Source of the DNA: the human T2T-CHM13v2.0 reference genome, Homo sapiens
DNA length: 64,000 nucleotides
Reading direction: 5' to 3' (one strand)
NCBI RefSeq assembly: GCF_009914755.1
Contig: NC_060928.1
This document shows positions 24,466 through 40,033 of the stretch, piece after piece. A model generated the notes under the pieces. That model searched no databases and was not told where the DNA came from. It worked only from the letters and a program-made list of their open reading frames with translations. A program made the position numbers and the translations under genes. The first letter of the stretch is position 1. The number at the start of each line of letters is the position of its first letter.

Positions 24466-25842
24466 AGTAAGAATTGTCAAAGCAGGGAGACTTTTTATTT
24501 CTTTATCCCAGCTAAGTCCCAGTCCCACTACAATCTGGCTTCTGTGTCCATCACTTCGATCTCAATAAAACCAAAAAGCCTATGGTATTAAGAAAGCCAA
24601 CGGATACTTTTCAGTCTTTATTTTACTTAATCACTTAGCAACAGTTTTGATATTTACGACTACCTCTTTTTTTATAGATAATTTATTGACTTGATTTCTC
24701 AGACATCACATTCTTCTGGTGTCTTCCAACCTCCGTGGCCTCTCAGTTTCCCTCTTCCCTCCAAATTCCATAGTCTTCTCCCAGCTCTTACATGTTAACT
24801 TTCCTCAAGACTCTTGAAAACCCTCCTCCTTTTCGCCTTACACACCATCTCTGGGTAATCTCATCCATTCCCACTCTTATAATCATTCTCTCTATGCATA
24901 TTCCTCTCATATCCATATATCCAGCTCAGAATGCTTTCCTCAATTATAAATCAAAATGTCCAGCTGTCTGCTAGTCATCCTTACTAGATCTTACACATAC
25001 CACCAAAATGACATACACCATTGTGAACTCATCAACTTCTTCCCTAAATATGGTCCTCTGCTAGTGGTTCCTGTCTCAGAAAATAGCACCAATATTCTGA
25101 CACTAGCCGATGTCAGAAATCTAAGAATTGTCCTTAGCTGCTTCCTTTCCCATAACCAAACTATCATATACTGTTGATTTTGAGAAATACTCAAATGTTT
25201 CTTGATTCCCCTCTGCCATTATTCTGATCCTGGCCACTATTATCTCTTGCCTAGATTATAGCAGTAGCCTTATAATTAGACTTCACATCTAAATCCTGCT
25301 TCTTCTGTCCTTCAGTAACCAAGTGATCTTAAAAATCATATCATGGCACATACACCGACTTTCCCAAATTCAAGCCCTTTAAAAATTTCTCATTACCCTG
25401 AGAATAATTTAAACTCTTAATATAGTTGTACCAGGACCTCATTGCTCATCTTTTCCAATTCAAGTTGTCATTTTTCAGGCACTCTGAATTTTGTATAGTT
25501 CTCCCCCTCACCTATAGACATTCACACCTGCTGTTCTGCCACCATGTTGTGCTCATGGAGCCAAATCTCATTCATTCTTTGGATCTCTGCTTGAACATCA
25601 TTTCTTCAGGGAAATTTTCCCTGACGCCTTGATTAGGTTAGGTTCTCCTGGCATGGGATCCCATGAGCTCTCAACTTAAAAAAAATTATATCATCAATCA
25701 CAATTTTGCTAATTACTTTATTAATATCTATAAGTTCTATGAGGGTAAAGATCATACATATGTGATTTGTTCATCATGACAGTCCAATGCATGTCACATA
25801 GCAGATGTTCTGTGAACACTTGTTAACTGATTAGATGGATAA
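24130..25842 (+). mobile_element. Long degenerate L2 fragment
   Basis: Pyrimidine-rich L2 motifs (CCACTACAATCTGGCTTCTG, ATTATCTCTTGCCTAGATTATAGCAGTAGCCT) and an L2 3' end near 25840. Confidence 0.75.
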
Positions 25843-26391
25843 AATTGAAGTCATAGAAATTGACTATGCTATGTTGATTTGTGCATGACATTGAACTGGG
25901 AGAAATAGTGAATAAGCCCAATAACAGAATTGGATAATTCAGAAAATTAATTGATCAAAATTTTTAAAAACCAGTAGGAATAGCTAAATGTCCTATCTTC
26001 ATATTCAAGGAATCATTTACATAAATATAAAAGAAAGTCCTGTTTTAACAGCAGCTCATGTGAAAATGCCTTAAGGCCACGCACAAGACTTCAAACTTCA
26101 CATAGCCAACAGAAAGATATGGCTCATAAGTAGAAACTGATGCCATCTTACACTGTAGTGGTGCTACACTTAAGAAAACCTGTAGCTTGCCTTCACATCA
26201 TAGCCCACACCTTATAACATACCTGGCATACACCAGGTGTGTAAACAAAGCTTGCTGAATGTAGAGTGAGAAGTCCCGTGATGCTTTCTGCCAGACAGAC
26301 CACATCTGGAGATGACACACAATTCTTGACATCAATAACAAAGATTGTGTGAGCCAAAAAAAAAAAAAAAAGGATAATCTTGTCTAGAAGC

Positions 26392-26620
26392 AATAATAAT
26401 AATAGCTAATACAGCATTCACTATGTGTTGGGTAATTTTGTAATCATTTTATATGTATGAATTCTTATACTATATGAGATAGGCACAATTATTATGCCCA
26501 TTTTACAGATGATAAAAGTAAGGAACCAGTAGGTTATACAATCAACCCAAAATCACATAAGTAGTGAGGAGCAGAGCCAGGTTTCAAAACCAGAAAACAT
26601 GATCTCATAGTCCATGCTCT
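26392..26620 (-). mobile_element. MIR
   Basis: AATAATAATAGCTAA...ATGCCCATTTTACAGATGATAAAAGTAAGG...GCAGAGCCAGGTTTCAAAACCAG. Confidence 0.8.
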
Positions 26621-26749
26621 TGGAAATCAATCATATCAATGTCCCATTGAAATGAAAAAGGAAAATTGTTAGCCTGGAGATGGGGTAGAAAGGAGATTCA
26701 GAAAAACATATTAACTGGCTTCATACTTAAATATCTAGGAAGGAATCTA

Positions 26750-26984
26750 AAGGAGACAGCTATTGGCTCAGTAGAATAAAGAACTTGCTAACACTGTGGA
26801 TTGTCTCCCTAGTGCACATTAGTGTGCCTGACACATAGGCTCACTGGGTTCCCTGACAATAGAATATTCAGTTAAGAGACAGAGGTCCATCTATAAATGA
26901 TATCAGTGGCAGTCCCACCCCAGTAAAAAGGTGAGACTAGAAGTCCCATAGAAGTGCTTCTCATTCTCTAAGATCTATAATTCT
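26750..26984 (+). mobile_element. CR1/L3 3' fragment
   Basis: Ends in CR1-like CTAAGATCTATAATTCT, with an upstream AAAGAACTTGCTAAC motif. Confidence 0.45.
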
Positions 26985-27295
<311 letters not shown>

Positions 27296-28306
27296 AAGAT
27301 CTATAATTCTAAAAATAATACATGGTCTTCATTCTCAGGCAGCATACAACTCAATGCAGAGAACAAGACAAATATAGCATAATTCAGTGAAGATGGAGAT
27401 GTAATAAAATAGATTTTAAAATTATCAAAATAATTAAATGAATGGTACTTAGAGCAGTAGGCCCTCACACCACCTTTAAAGGTAAGTAACTCTGCTACCT
27501 ACTTCCATATCAAGCAACATTAGAAATAGAAGCGGCACAGCAGACAATGCCACAATATAAAATCTTAAGAAATGCCAAGGAATTATATATTATGCACAGG
27601 TCAACTCTATATGCAGCTGGTTTTCTGTATCAATAGATAGTGTCAAAGAATTTGAGTTGTTTGGACTATGAAGCCACTTCTCTTCCCCCCAAAAGGAGAA
27701 TATCTAGCTAAATCTGAGATTAAAGAGGTGGATAAATGTGACCCCTGGCCTGCAAAAGCCAGGAATTAGACACAAGACTATAGCAGGGAGTCTTCAAAGT
27801 TGATCTATCACAGGGATGTCTTCCATCAGATGCTAGTGAAGCTAATCCTTTTGCAAAGCATGACAACTTCTCAAGCTTGACTGTGGTGAATCCAAACCAG
27901 ATTTTTATGCTATATGATCAGCTTTCAAAATACAAAATTATTTTTACATTATATTAGGTTTACATTTATTATATTTAAATTTACAAACAAAGATATAGAA
28001 GCCTGCAATGCAGTTTATACAGCATTCTCTGAACTCCCCTGATGCTCATCTGCCAGGATAAAGTATCAGATAATAGTGAGATGTAAATATATGGAACCAG
28101 AGCTTCTCTATAACAAAATACTGTCAAATAATGGAGTTTCCCACATCCTTAAAGTAAACCATTCACATTTCCATCTCTAAAGAAAGAGAGCCATAATATT
28201 CCATCAGAACATCCTCACTGATATCGCAGCTTTTCATTCGAATATCACCAACTCTGAAGCCTTTATTACTCTGACAGTATGCTGGAATTCTTGGATGCTG
28301 ACTTAC

Positions 28307-28360
28307 CTTTTTGCAGTCAGATAAGGACTTCTCACTGGCCAATGTGCTGAAAATGGTGGT
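28307..28360 (-). other. Strong candidate internal exon (54 nt) of an unidentified minus-strand gene or lncRNA
   Basis: Acceptor gttttccatcttcctattttgtAG and perfect donor AAG|GTAAGT. Two frames are open: TTIFSTLASEKSLSDCKK and PPFSAHWPVRSPYLTAK. Confidence 0.6.
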
Positions 28361-29099
28361 CTACAAAATAGGAAGATGGAAAACACTTTAGAATTGTTAA
28401 CATATAATGATAGTGACCATTCCATGTTCATTTCCAATCCAAGGTAGGCACTACCTAACTGTGTCCCCTACTGATTTCTGTGAATTTTAAAATGTGTCTG
28501 CCTTCACTATTCCCAAAGCTTCTCTACCCAAGCTGGAACGTTCATTATGGGCCAAGAACCATTCAGTGAGGTAAGGATTCTGTTATCTTCATTTTACAAA
28601 CAAGGTAACGAACGCACAATTAGGTTAATTGCTATATACCTTGGACATAGTTAGGTCAGGAAGCAAAGCCATCTAACTCCAGAACCCACCTCCAAACACA
28701 TATGATCTTCTGTCTTAAAGAGATATGTGCATAATGTTAGAGTCAGCTATGCCCAATCTTTCAAATGACAGCTGTTATGAGCCCAAGTGGGAGAATGGAG
28801 CTTCTGCCTATGTAAGAGATTTGTGAGTCTGAACAATACCAGGGCTTGCTATCTCCTTTCTACTATCTTTAATGCACTCACTCTCCCTGTAGTTGACCTC
28901 TCACACATTTGTATGTATACTTGCTTGGCCTGATGAACCACTCAAAAGGCACTGCAACATTCAAGGCTATATTGGGATTTACATGCAAGTATGTTCCCTT
29001 TGGACAATCCTATGAATAAATACATAGCCATGGTCAGCCATACAAACAGTATTGAGATTTTTTTCAGTAAACTTTTTTACATTTTCTTTAATTATAAAA

Positions 29100-29560
29100 C
29101 TAATATTTATTCTTAATGAGTTAGTCTCTTTTATACCCTATCCTCCTGAGGTAACCCATAATACAAATTTGTATTCATCTTTCCACACTTTCTCTATTCC
29201 CACGCAAATATGTCTGCGCATATTATATAGAAGTCTCGTTCTTATGATCATACCATCTTAATTAAGAATATATTATCAACATCTTTCCAGTTCAGCCCAT
29301 GCAGATTAATTCATTCTTCTTAATACCTATATAACATGTCATAATATGAATATATCATAATTTTATGCTTTCCTTTATTGATCAACAGGTTTTGGTTCTT
29401 TCATTGTTGTTGCTTCTTGTTTTCTTTTGTTTGCTATTACAAAGTATGCTGCAATAAACATGCTTGTATATGGCTGGAAAATCTAGTGTATATAAACTGT
29501 CTCCTACTCTCTGCTCTTTTAACATCATAAAAATATTTACCACCTCACCTAAGGTTTTGG
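29100..29560 (-). mobile_element. Old L1M 3' fragments
   Basis: TTTGCTATTACAAAGTATGCTGCAATAAACATGCTTGTA antisense L1 motif. Confidence 0.6.
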
Positions 29561-30730
29561 TTTGCTTTGCTTTCTGTTTGTTTGTTTGTCTGTTTTGCAA
29601 TAAGCATGTGAGAAAGCTAAGGATCTAAGTCAGCACATATTCTGGGTCAAAACAACATGCAGTATTAAAGGACAGAAAAGACAGAATGTGAATACACATA
29701 CAAAAGTGCATCTTTAATTTAAAAAATTAAGTTCAAGGTTTAGGTTAGATATAATCTCCAAGTTTGGTTTGCTGGCCATTTTTATTTCATTTGAGAGGGA
29801 AGGAATAAATGTTACTGGGAAAGTTTGAATTAAAAAGGGAAAACTGAAAGAAGGGAAGAATTCTGGTGGCAGAAGAAAAGAGGAAAGGCAAAAGACAAAA
29901 AGAAGGACAAAATGAAAAGTTCACAAAAAACAGGCACAAAAAGCAGAATTGTCAAAAAATTAAAAAAGAAGAAAATGGTTTCCATAGAGAAGCAGTCATC
30001 TTCACTCAAGGAGAATAAGGGCACATGATGCATTCTAGTTACCAGGATCTATCCTGTTGACCTAATTTCAGCCCTGAAACACAGTAGCAGGTGGTGAAAG
30101 GACAGGTATAGCCCTGCAAATTTCATGTCCTCTTGCTCTTTGTGCTGCCAGGTATATCTTAGTTTCTCTCATTTCTGTATTACAATGGGGATGTAAGAAA
30201 TAGTATTCTTGCTGTCTGTTCAAAGATTAGGGCAGGACAGAGAGAAAAGCCAAAGAACCAGGCAGCATTCCACATGCTACCGTGAACTACCCCACCCACA
30301 ATCTTCCCATCAGATGTTTTCCTCATGACTTGTCATCATCTTTACTCATTTGTACACATGAGCACTGTGCCATGAGAGAGGCCTCAGTGTTGATTCCCAG
30401 ATTTCTGCTCCAAGAATGTAAAGACCCACTGAAACTTGGTCATTGCAGTAGTCCCATTACTAGCCCAGTGCTTGGCACAAAGAAGATAACCAATAAATAT
30501 GAACTGAGTAGATGCAAAAGAAAATAACATCTGGCAAAACTGCAGTCCTTATCCCAAAACATTTCTTTGGAAGCACTGTGCTGGAAAAGCAGCCTCACAG
30601 GAAACACTATTATAAAGTGAAGCTCAGGGATATAAGAAAGAAGAGAGATAAAAGACTTCTAAATAATGGTAAAATACACCTTATATTTAGCGTAAAGCTG
30701 TTGTCTATTATCTGCTTGGTTTGGCTAAAC

Positions 30731-30960
30731 CAGGCTTTTTCAGTGAAGACCCTGTAAATGTTTTTGGACTAGATAACTCTTTGTTTTGAGGGCACGTGGG
30801 GACACACTGTGCACTGTAGGGGGTTCTGTAGCATGTGTGGCCTCTACCCACCAGATGCTACTGACAATCTCCACCTACCTCAGTCATGACAAACAAAAAT
30901 GTCTCCAGACATTGCTAAATGTTCTCTAGCGGGAAAAACTGCCCACATTTGAGAAAACTG
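30731..30960. mobile_element. MER20 hAT-Charlie MITE
   Basis: GGCCTCTACCCACCAGATGC...AAAAATGTCTCCAGACATTGC...TTGAGAAAACTG. 8-bp TSD GGCTAAAC/GTCTAAAC. Confidence 0.85.
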
Positions 30961-32246
30961 GTCTAAACCCTAAAGGGGCTAGTTATAGAAATGATCCTGA
31001 TTCCCTGGCTGATGCAACTAAAATTTTTTCCAGGAAATGCAAGTCTAGCGGTGAAAATTTCTCTGCTCAACCCTGAATTCAAGTTTCATTCTCTGTCTGA
31101 AATGGGACTCAGAACATAGGGAGGACCCACTCTCCAGCTACTGAAGAGTCCATGTGGGGGCAACTCAAGAGACCATAACTGCATTTTTAAGTAAGCTTTA
31201 AGATGCACGAGCACTGCCACCCTAGGGAGAGTAAATTAAGGAACATGTCTAAGAATTCAGACATTAGTGCCATAGCCCCAGGGGAAATGATCTTCAATTA
31301 AACAATACCAGTCAACCTTTGAGGGCAGTCTCAAGTGACCAAAGAAACATGTTTGGAGGGAAATTTAGAGTCAGAGATGGGTGAAATTAGCTTCAGTAAA
31401 AAATATATATATACATAGGTAATTTTAAATGTTGCATTTGTAGAAAGGAAACACTTTAGCCAAATGGCAAATGTATGCAAAATCTCAAGACTTGGAATGA
31501 GTGTGAAAGAGGGGTGGCACGGGTCAATGAGAGTCCATCCCCTTACTTTAGCCATTTTCTAAGGGGAGTTTACGTAGACGCTTGGTCAGTCTCATTTCAT
31601 TCTCCGCTTCAAAAGACTTTAACTGGCATTCCAGTTTACTAATTGCAGCTATTGTGAGTGACTTTGGGTGGGCTTTCTAAACTTTCCAATAACATGTTCA
31701 CCTTAATTACTGAAAATGAAAGACTCAAAAAATGGTGACTTGGCCATGCTGTGACTTTCTTGATGAGTGTATCAATATTTTTCTACTAAAAAGGAAACTC
31801 CTAATGAGTCACCTCCACCAAAGTTGGCATGATGCTGGGTTTGTCACAGGAGCACAAGCACAATAAAGCACAAGTGACTTTTTTAGAGCATTGACTTCTA
31901 ACCTTGTTAGTGGGGTGACCAGCATGAAGTGAACAGTATTATACATGGACAGTTTTAGCAATTTCCCAAAAAGAATTTAGATAGGTGAGAACTCTCTTTT
32001 GACCATTTATAAACTAATGCCTGAAATCTCACTTATTAGAGCTCTGTTTTTAGCATAAGGCTTTGATTCATAATAGACAAACTCATGAGGGATGTTAAGA
32101 TATGGGGGGGTTGTCATGGCAGAAGGTAAAATTGGACACTTCATGTATTATAGTTCATTGGTCTGTTACATCTGAAAGGGAATGAGTTTATCAGATCCCT
32201 TCTAAAAGCATATTGTTATACCTTGGAGTTTTGGGGGGTTTTTTAA

Positions 32247-32552
<306 letters not shown>

Positions 32553-32649
32553 GTTTTTTAAATAATTTCAAAAGCAGATTTTGATAGGAGAGAAATGAAG
32601 ACTTAAGTCATGAGGATATTGGATGCTCATAGTGATGGTAAGCAATCTA

Positions 32650-33043
32650 AAGACACAGGTCACAGGTTAGGTTCCCTAAAAAGCACACTGTGAGATGGAA
32701 ATTATGGAAATTAGCAAGCAGAAGCTTTATTAGGAAGTGTTCCTGAGATCACCACTTATAGGAGGATAGGGAAGGATGTGGGATAGAGAAGATAAAGAAG
32801 TTGGACCATGGTGCAGACTCAACAAAGATCTCATCCAACAAAATGGAGAGCTCAGAAGCAGATTAAACTCATCCCAAGCTGGAGTGAGACAGAGGCCTGC
32901 CCTGGGAAGGCAGCGTGATCCTGGGCAACATGACTGTTTCCAGCCAAGGGCAATTTCCTGGGAGGACTGATAGCTGAGGGCAGTCAGCTGGCAGGACTCC
33001 TGGCAGCAGGGAGCTCTGTGCACAGCATTGCCAAGTCCACTAC
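32650..33043 (-). mobile_element. LTR16-like ERVL solo LTR
   Basis: GGTTAGGTTCCCTAAAAAGCACACTGTGAGATGGA...TTTATTAGGAAGTG...CCACTACA. Confidence 0.6.
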
Positions 33044-33484
33044 AATCTACTTTGACACACTTTTACCAAGGGCAGATCCTGGCTGTGGCTGATTGACTCT
33101 AGTTGAACATGACCCCATATTATAGTTAAAAGTTTGCTGGCCTTTTATGATAGAACCTTTGGACAGAAAAGCAAATTTGCTCAGGAGTCTAGGGCCTAAT
33201 TCTTGTCCTTTCTTAACAGACCTCCTTGTGAGCTTAAAGTGGATCACTGGCCTTGGGGTCTTGAATTCTTCACTATGAAGTGAGGAAACCCGTATTCATT
33301 TCCTTTTAGGTCATGAGAGCCTTGGCCAATTTGAAGAAAGTGGACCTGATTTTATCAGACACATTGTTTGGAAATCAATGAGCATACTGCTTAGTTCTTT
33401 CTTCATCCTCTGATAAAAGAACATATCTGACTAAATAATATGGTCAGCTCCTGATTATCTACAGAGGGGAAGAGAATTTCACAG

Positions 33485-33995
33485 ATGAATTTGGGTTCTC
33501 CAGAGAAACAGAACCAATAGGATATATAGAGATATATAAGAGGAGATTTCTTATGAGAATTAGTTTGTGTGATCATGGCAGCTGAGGACTCCCACAATGT
33601 GCCATCTGCAGCCTGGAGACACAGGGAAGCCAGTGGTGTAATTCAGCCCCTGCCTGGAGGCCTGAGAACCCAGAGGAAGGGGGAGGGAGGCCACCAGCAT
33701 AAGTCTGAAGGCCCAAGAATCAGGAGCTCCAATATCTGAGGGCTGGAGAAAACGGATGTCCAAGCCCAGACAGAAACGAATTCCACCTTCCTCTGCATTT
33801 GTGTTCTATTTGGGCCTTCAATGGATTGGATGATGCCCACCCGCCTTGGTGAGGGCAGATCTTCACTCAGTCTTCTGATTCAAATGCTCATCTCTTCCAG
33901 AAACAACTTCACAGATATAGCTAGAAATAATGTTTTACCAGCTACCAGGGCATCCCTTAGCCCAGTTAAGTTGACATGTAAAGTTAACCATCACA
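33485..33995 (-). mobile_element. MLT2B-type ERVL solo LTR
   Basis: GGGTTCTCCAGAGAAACAGAACCAATAGG ... AAGTTGACATGTAAAGTTAACCATCACA. Confidence 0.88.
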
Positions 33996-34379
33996 ACGGG
34001 TGATTCACAAAAGCGTAACATAAAATGCCTTTGCATTTGACTTTGAGATACATTCGTGGTTAATTTAGAAGACCGGTACTCCAACATATCTTCCCTAAAC
34101 TAACATTAATAACTGTTTGTAGAAATATTCCAAGTGGGCAGAAAGGGAAAACTGACCTAAAAGGAAAAGTGAACTGGGATTAAAAAAAAAATGTCCCTAA
34201 TAAGTCCTTAGACAGAGAGCCCGCAGATAGGAGATCAGTAATTGGTGGCTCATTTAGTCCAGCCTACAGAGAGAGGCTTCCAGAAGGTATGTTGCTTACC
34301 CAATTCTCGCTGGTGGAAATGTTTTTGCAAAGTGATTGAGCACTGAAAAGAGACCTCATATATTCCAAAAATTAATTAA

Positions 34380-34683
34380 TTTGTTTATTTTGAGATAGAG
34401 TCTCATTCTGTCACCCAGAAAGAAGTGCAGTGGCTCAATCATGACTCACTGCAGCCTTGATTTCCTGAGCTCAAGCAATCCTCCCACCTCAGCCTCCCAA
34501 GTAGCTGGGACCAGAGGCATGCATCACCATGCCTGGCTAATTTTTTAAAAATTTTTTGTAGAGATGGAGTCTCACTATGTTGCCCAGGCTGGTCTCCAAC
34601 TCCTGGGCCAAGTGATCCTCTCACCTCAGCCTCCCAAAGTGCTGAGCACTTTTGATTGCAGGTGTGAGCCACTACAACCAGCC
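34380..34683 (-). mobile_element. AluJ
   Basis: CTCAAGCAATCCTCCCACCTCAGCC and TCTCACTATGTTGCCCAGG J diagnostics. Confidence 0.92.
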
Positions 34684-36626
34684 AAATCCATATGTCCTAT
34701 ACTCGTTTTTCTAAGAGACAGTTTACCTCTGAAAGTTATTACAATGCTGTTTATTCCCATTAAACTCAATTTAGAGAAAGAAACAGAAATAAATCTATTC
34801 TATCTCTACTGTGTCATTTTCTGTTATGTAATGCTTATAACTAAGATTTACATTTTTAAAACAGCAAACATCTGACACTTCATTAAATTGGAACAGTCAT
34901 GTGCAAGAGAATTGCTTAAATATTGAATTATAAAATTAAGAAATTCAGAAATTGAATCTCTAAGGTAGTAATATTATGAAATTTTATTTCAAGTATTATT
35001 TGTTCCTTTATGTATGTATGTACCTGTGTTTGGGTGTGTTTTTCACTCTCAGCCTGATACCACCAGACAGAGGCCAGGTAGGTTTGATGAATGTCAAATA
35101 CAGTTGAAAGCTAACAGCCATTTAAAGGAATGATGTCTGCATAAAGCATCTCCATTTGATACCTTGCACCTCACAGACACAATGGATGATTTCTTACTCA
35201 TTGGTAGATGTCAAGACTAGACCTATCACATTACTAACAATTTGGAAGTCTCTTACACTTAAATCAATGAGTCCCAAAGTGCACACTACTTGGATGCTTT
35301 CTTAGACAGTTTAGCCAGCCAATTCTAGGATTTCTAGACAAAGTATGAATTTCCATGAGGTCTTCATGCTTTAGTAGACTAGTATTGATAGGTATACACT
35401 GGATACAGTGGTATTCCCTCCAGGCAAAGTATGGCATTCACATTTATTTTTTTAAAAAACTGCATAATTATAAAACATCAGCCAAAGGAAAAAACATACC
35501 ACCAAATAAATGATAAAATTACAGTGTTTTCTTGTAGTCCATGAATACTGAAAATTTCAATTAACCAAGTGAAAAGCCATTGAATGTGCCAGCAGGATTT
35601 ATATCCCAGACTAATGACCATCATCTGCATCCTATTTAGCTAATGAAGGCTTGGAACACTTGTGGATAATTAAGGGAAAGCTGATGGGAGGAAATTCAGA
35701 CTACTGAAAGATCAAATCTATTTATGTCTGCATTTAAAACTAAACATATTTAATAGTTCACTCAATCAAGCCATAATGTCTGTTCATCTGGGATAAGATA
35801 GATGCTCAGAAGTTAAGTAGCTTGGTTAGCTCCCCAAACTCCAAATTCATTCTCCCTTCATTCATTCAATATCCATCTATTGAATACCTACCATGTGCCT
35901 CTTCCCTCGTGAATCAACATGACAGTACCATGATCCGCCTAATGTTTTTCCCACAACTTCCCCTTTTCCACCTTCATTAAATGCACCGCTCTGGTTTTCA
36001 CTTTACCCATCTAACTATTGTCCGGTTACCCATGTAACCTATTTACATGGGTAAAGTTACATGGTTTCACTTTACCCATGTAACTATATCATAACAGAGG
36101 TGGCATGGCTGCAATCCAGGGGCATGATGGGAAACACAGGGTGCACAGCAAACTCCCGGCTTTTTCTCAGACATGGCAGAGCAGGGGCAGGCCCCAGTCT
36201 GATTAATAGATGGGTGTTCATGTGAGGAAGACTAAGGATGTTAGAAAAAAGACAAAAACCTGGTATCCAGAACAGGAACCAAGCTCAGAGCAGCTCTACT
36301 GAATTTCACAGAATAGTTTACCAGTCATCTCATTCAACTGTTATTTTCTCACTTAGGGAGCACCTTAAAACCCCCTCTCTGGATCCCTACCAAAATCCCT
36401 GATTCATTTGTGTTTAGCAAATATGGTGCTTCAAGAACCTACAATCCTAGGATCTTTTCCTATGCTGAAAAATGGCAAACATCGGTGGCAGGCATGTTGT
36501 GACAGCTCAATCTTAGGGGCACACATTTATGCCTACAGAACCCCTTCCATATGGGAAAGGAAGCTCAGGTGGAAAAACATCAGCACATCAGAGCCTACCC
36601 ATATCCAGCTGGGCATAGCTGTAAGC

Positions 36627-36814
36627 CAACGGAGCTCAAACTTCAGAGGCATAAGAATCATCTGGAGAGCTTATTAAAACACAGATTGCTAAGCCCCTCC
36701 CCTGGAGGTTCCAACTTAGAAGGGATGGGGTGAGGCCAAAGGATTTGCATTTGTAACACATTTCTAGGTATAGCTGATGCTCCCAGTCCTGGAACCTTAC
36801 TTTGAGAACCAGTA
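36627..36814. mobile_element. MER5A
   Basis: AGAATCATCTGGAGAGCTTATTAAAACACAGATTGCT...ATTTGCATTTGTAACA...CTTTGAGAACCAGT. Confidence 0.85.
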
Positions 36815-36995
36815 GTCTAGGCTATACCCAAAGCAAGTTAACATCAATGATAACTATGCCTTTTACGACCTCACAAAAGAAGAAAATGTCTCTGGAATTT
36901 CCAGAGCATAATTTTAATTAGTAACAATCCTAATGATACCTCCTGACATTTATCATTCATATAATACTTTCCATGTCTAAAGCCCCTTGACACAC

Positions 36996-37292
<297 letters not shown>

Positions 37293-37843
37293 AGACACAC
37301 ATTGTTAAACTTGGACTTCCAAACTATCCTATAAAATAGTTATTAATCTTATTTTAGGACACTAAGAAACACAGAGATTAAGTGACTTGCCTAAATTTTC
37401 TTAACTAATAAGTACCCCTGACCCTGGCAAGGAGGTTCCTGCAAGACCAGCAGGACACTAAGCTCTGGGGCTAGGGGACGAGAAGCTGTCAAAACACATT
37501 TCACACACTTCACAACAGTGTTTGAATGTGGCCAATTAGTGCCAGGAGCAGAAAGCAGAGCAACAAAGAGCCTCAAAGAAGACACAACAAAAAGCAACAT
37601 ATTTGGACAAAAAGCACTGAATGGTGACGGGATCCATCCCACAAAGCTGCAGACCAAGTCTCTCTAAAGCCATCAACATTAATATAAAAAACCAGGCACA
37701 AGGCCTGTACTCAGGCTGTCACCCCAATGCTGGATATCCTAATCTGACACCGTAAATGCTACAAGGAAGAAGCGTTGAAAGAATTGTAGCAGAGAAGATA
37801 GTAGAACATTTCTATACATTTTGACTTTAAAAGAATAATAAGG

Positions 37844-38475
<632 letters not shown>

Positions 38476-39251
38476 TTCAATGTATATTAGCATCTATAAT
38501 TTTTGAGTCACAGCTGTTGTACATTAAATAATAGGAACTGTCAATGATTTCCAAATATTATTACTCAATATTTAGGAATTTAAATCTTTAAGATCCCTTC
38601 AAATTTCCACTGTACTTTATATAAACCCCTTTTACAAAACTCACCACAGGTGATTTATCTTGTGCATTGCACTGTAAGCTCACCAGGACCAGAGACCAAC
38701 TGTTAGTCATCTTTCTACCCTATACGTGAGCACAGTGTTGGGCATAAGAATGAGAACACAGTAGGGATGTTATAAATATTTGTCAAATATATAGTGAATA
38801 GGGCAAGGGAGGCAAGAGGAAGGAGAAAGCGAGAAGGGGAAAGGAGGAACAGAGGGAGGAAGGCAGGAAAAGACAAATGATAAATGATAACAAGGGGACA
38901 ACACGCTACTGTGGAAAGAGTCTTATGAGTTGAATTGTGTCCCCTAAAAAGAGATGTCGATGTCCTAATCCCTGGTACCTGTGAATGTGACCTTATTTAG
39001 AAATAGGATCTTGGCAGATGACCCAGTTAAGATGAAGTAATTAGAGTGAGTGCTAAGCCAATAACACTGGCATCCTTACAAAAAGGGGGAATTTGAAGAC
39101 AGACACACACAGAGGGAAAATGAGGTGAAGACAACTATGTGAGGACAGAAGCAGAGATTGGACAGATGCACCTACAAACAAAGAAGGCCAAGGATTATGG
39201 CCACCACCAGGAGCCAGGACAAGGTAAGAAAGAATTCTGCCCAGGGTCTCA

Positions 39252-40027
<776 letters not shown>

Positions 40028-40033
40028 CTATTT

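Noticed and set aside
29830-29990. Lys/Arg-rich-looking purine tract
   Set aside because: Low-complexity A/G sequence with no splice or ORF support.
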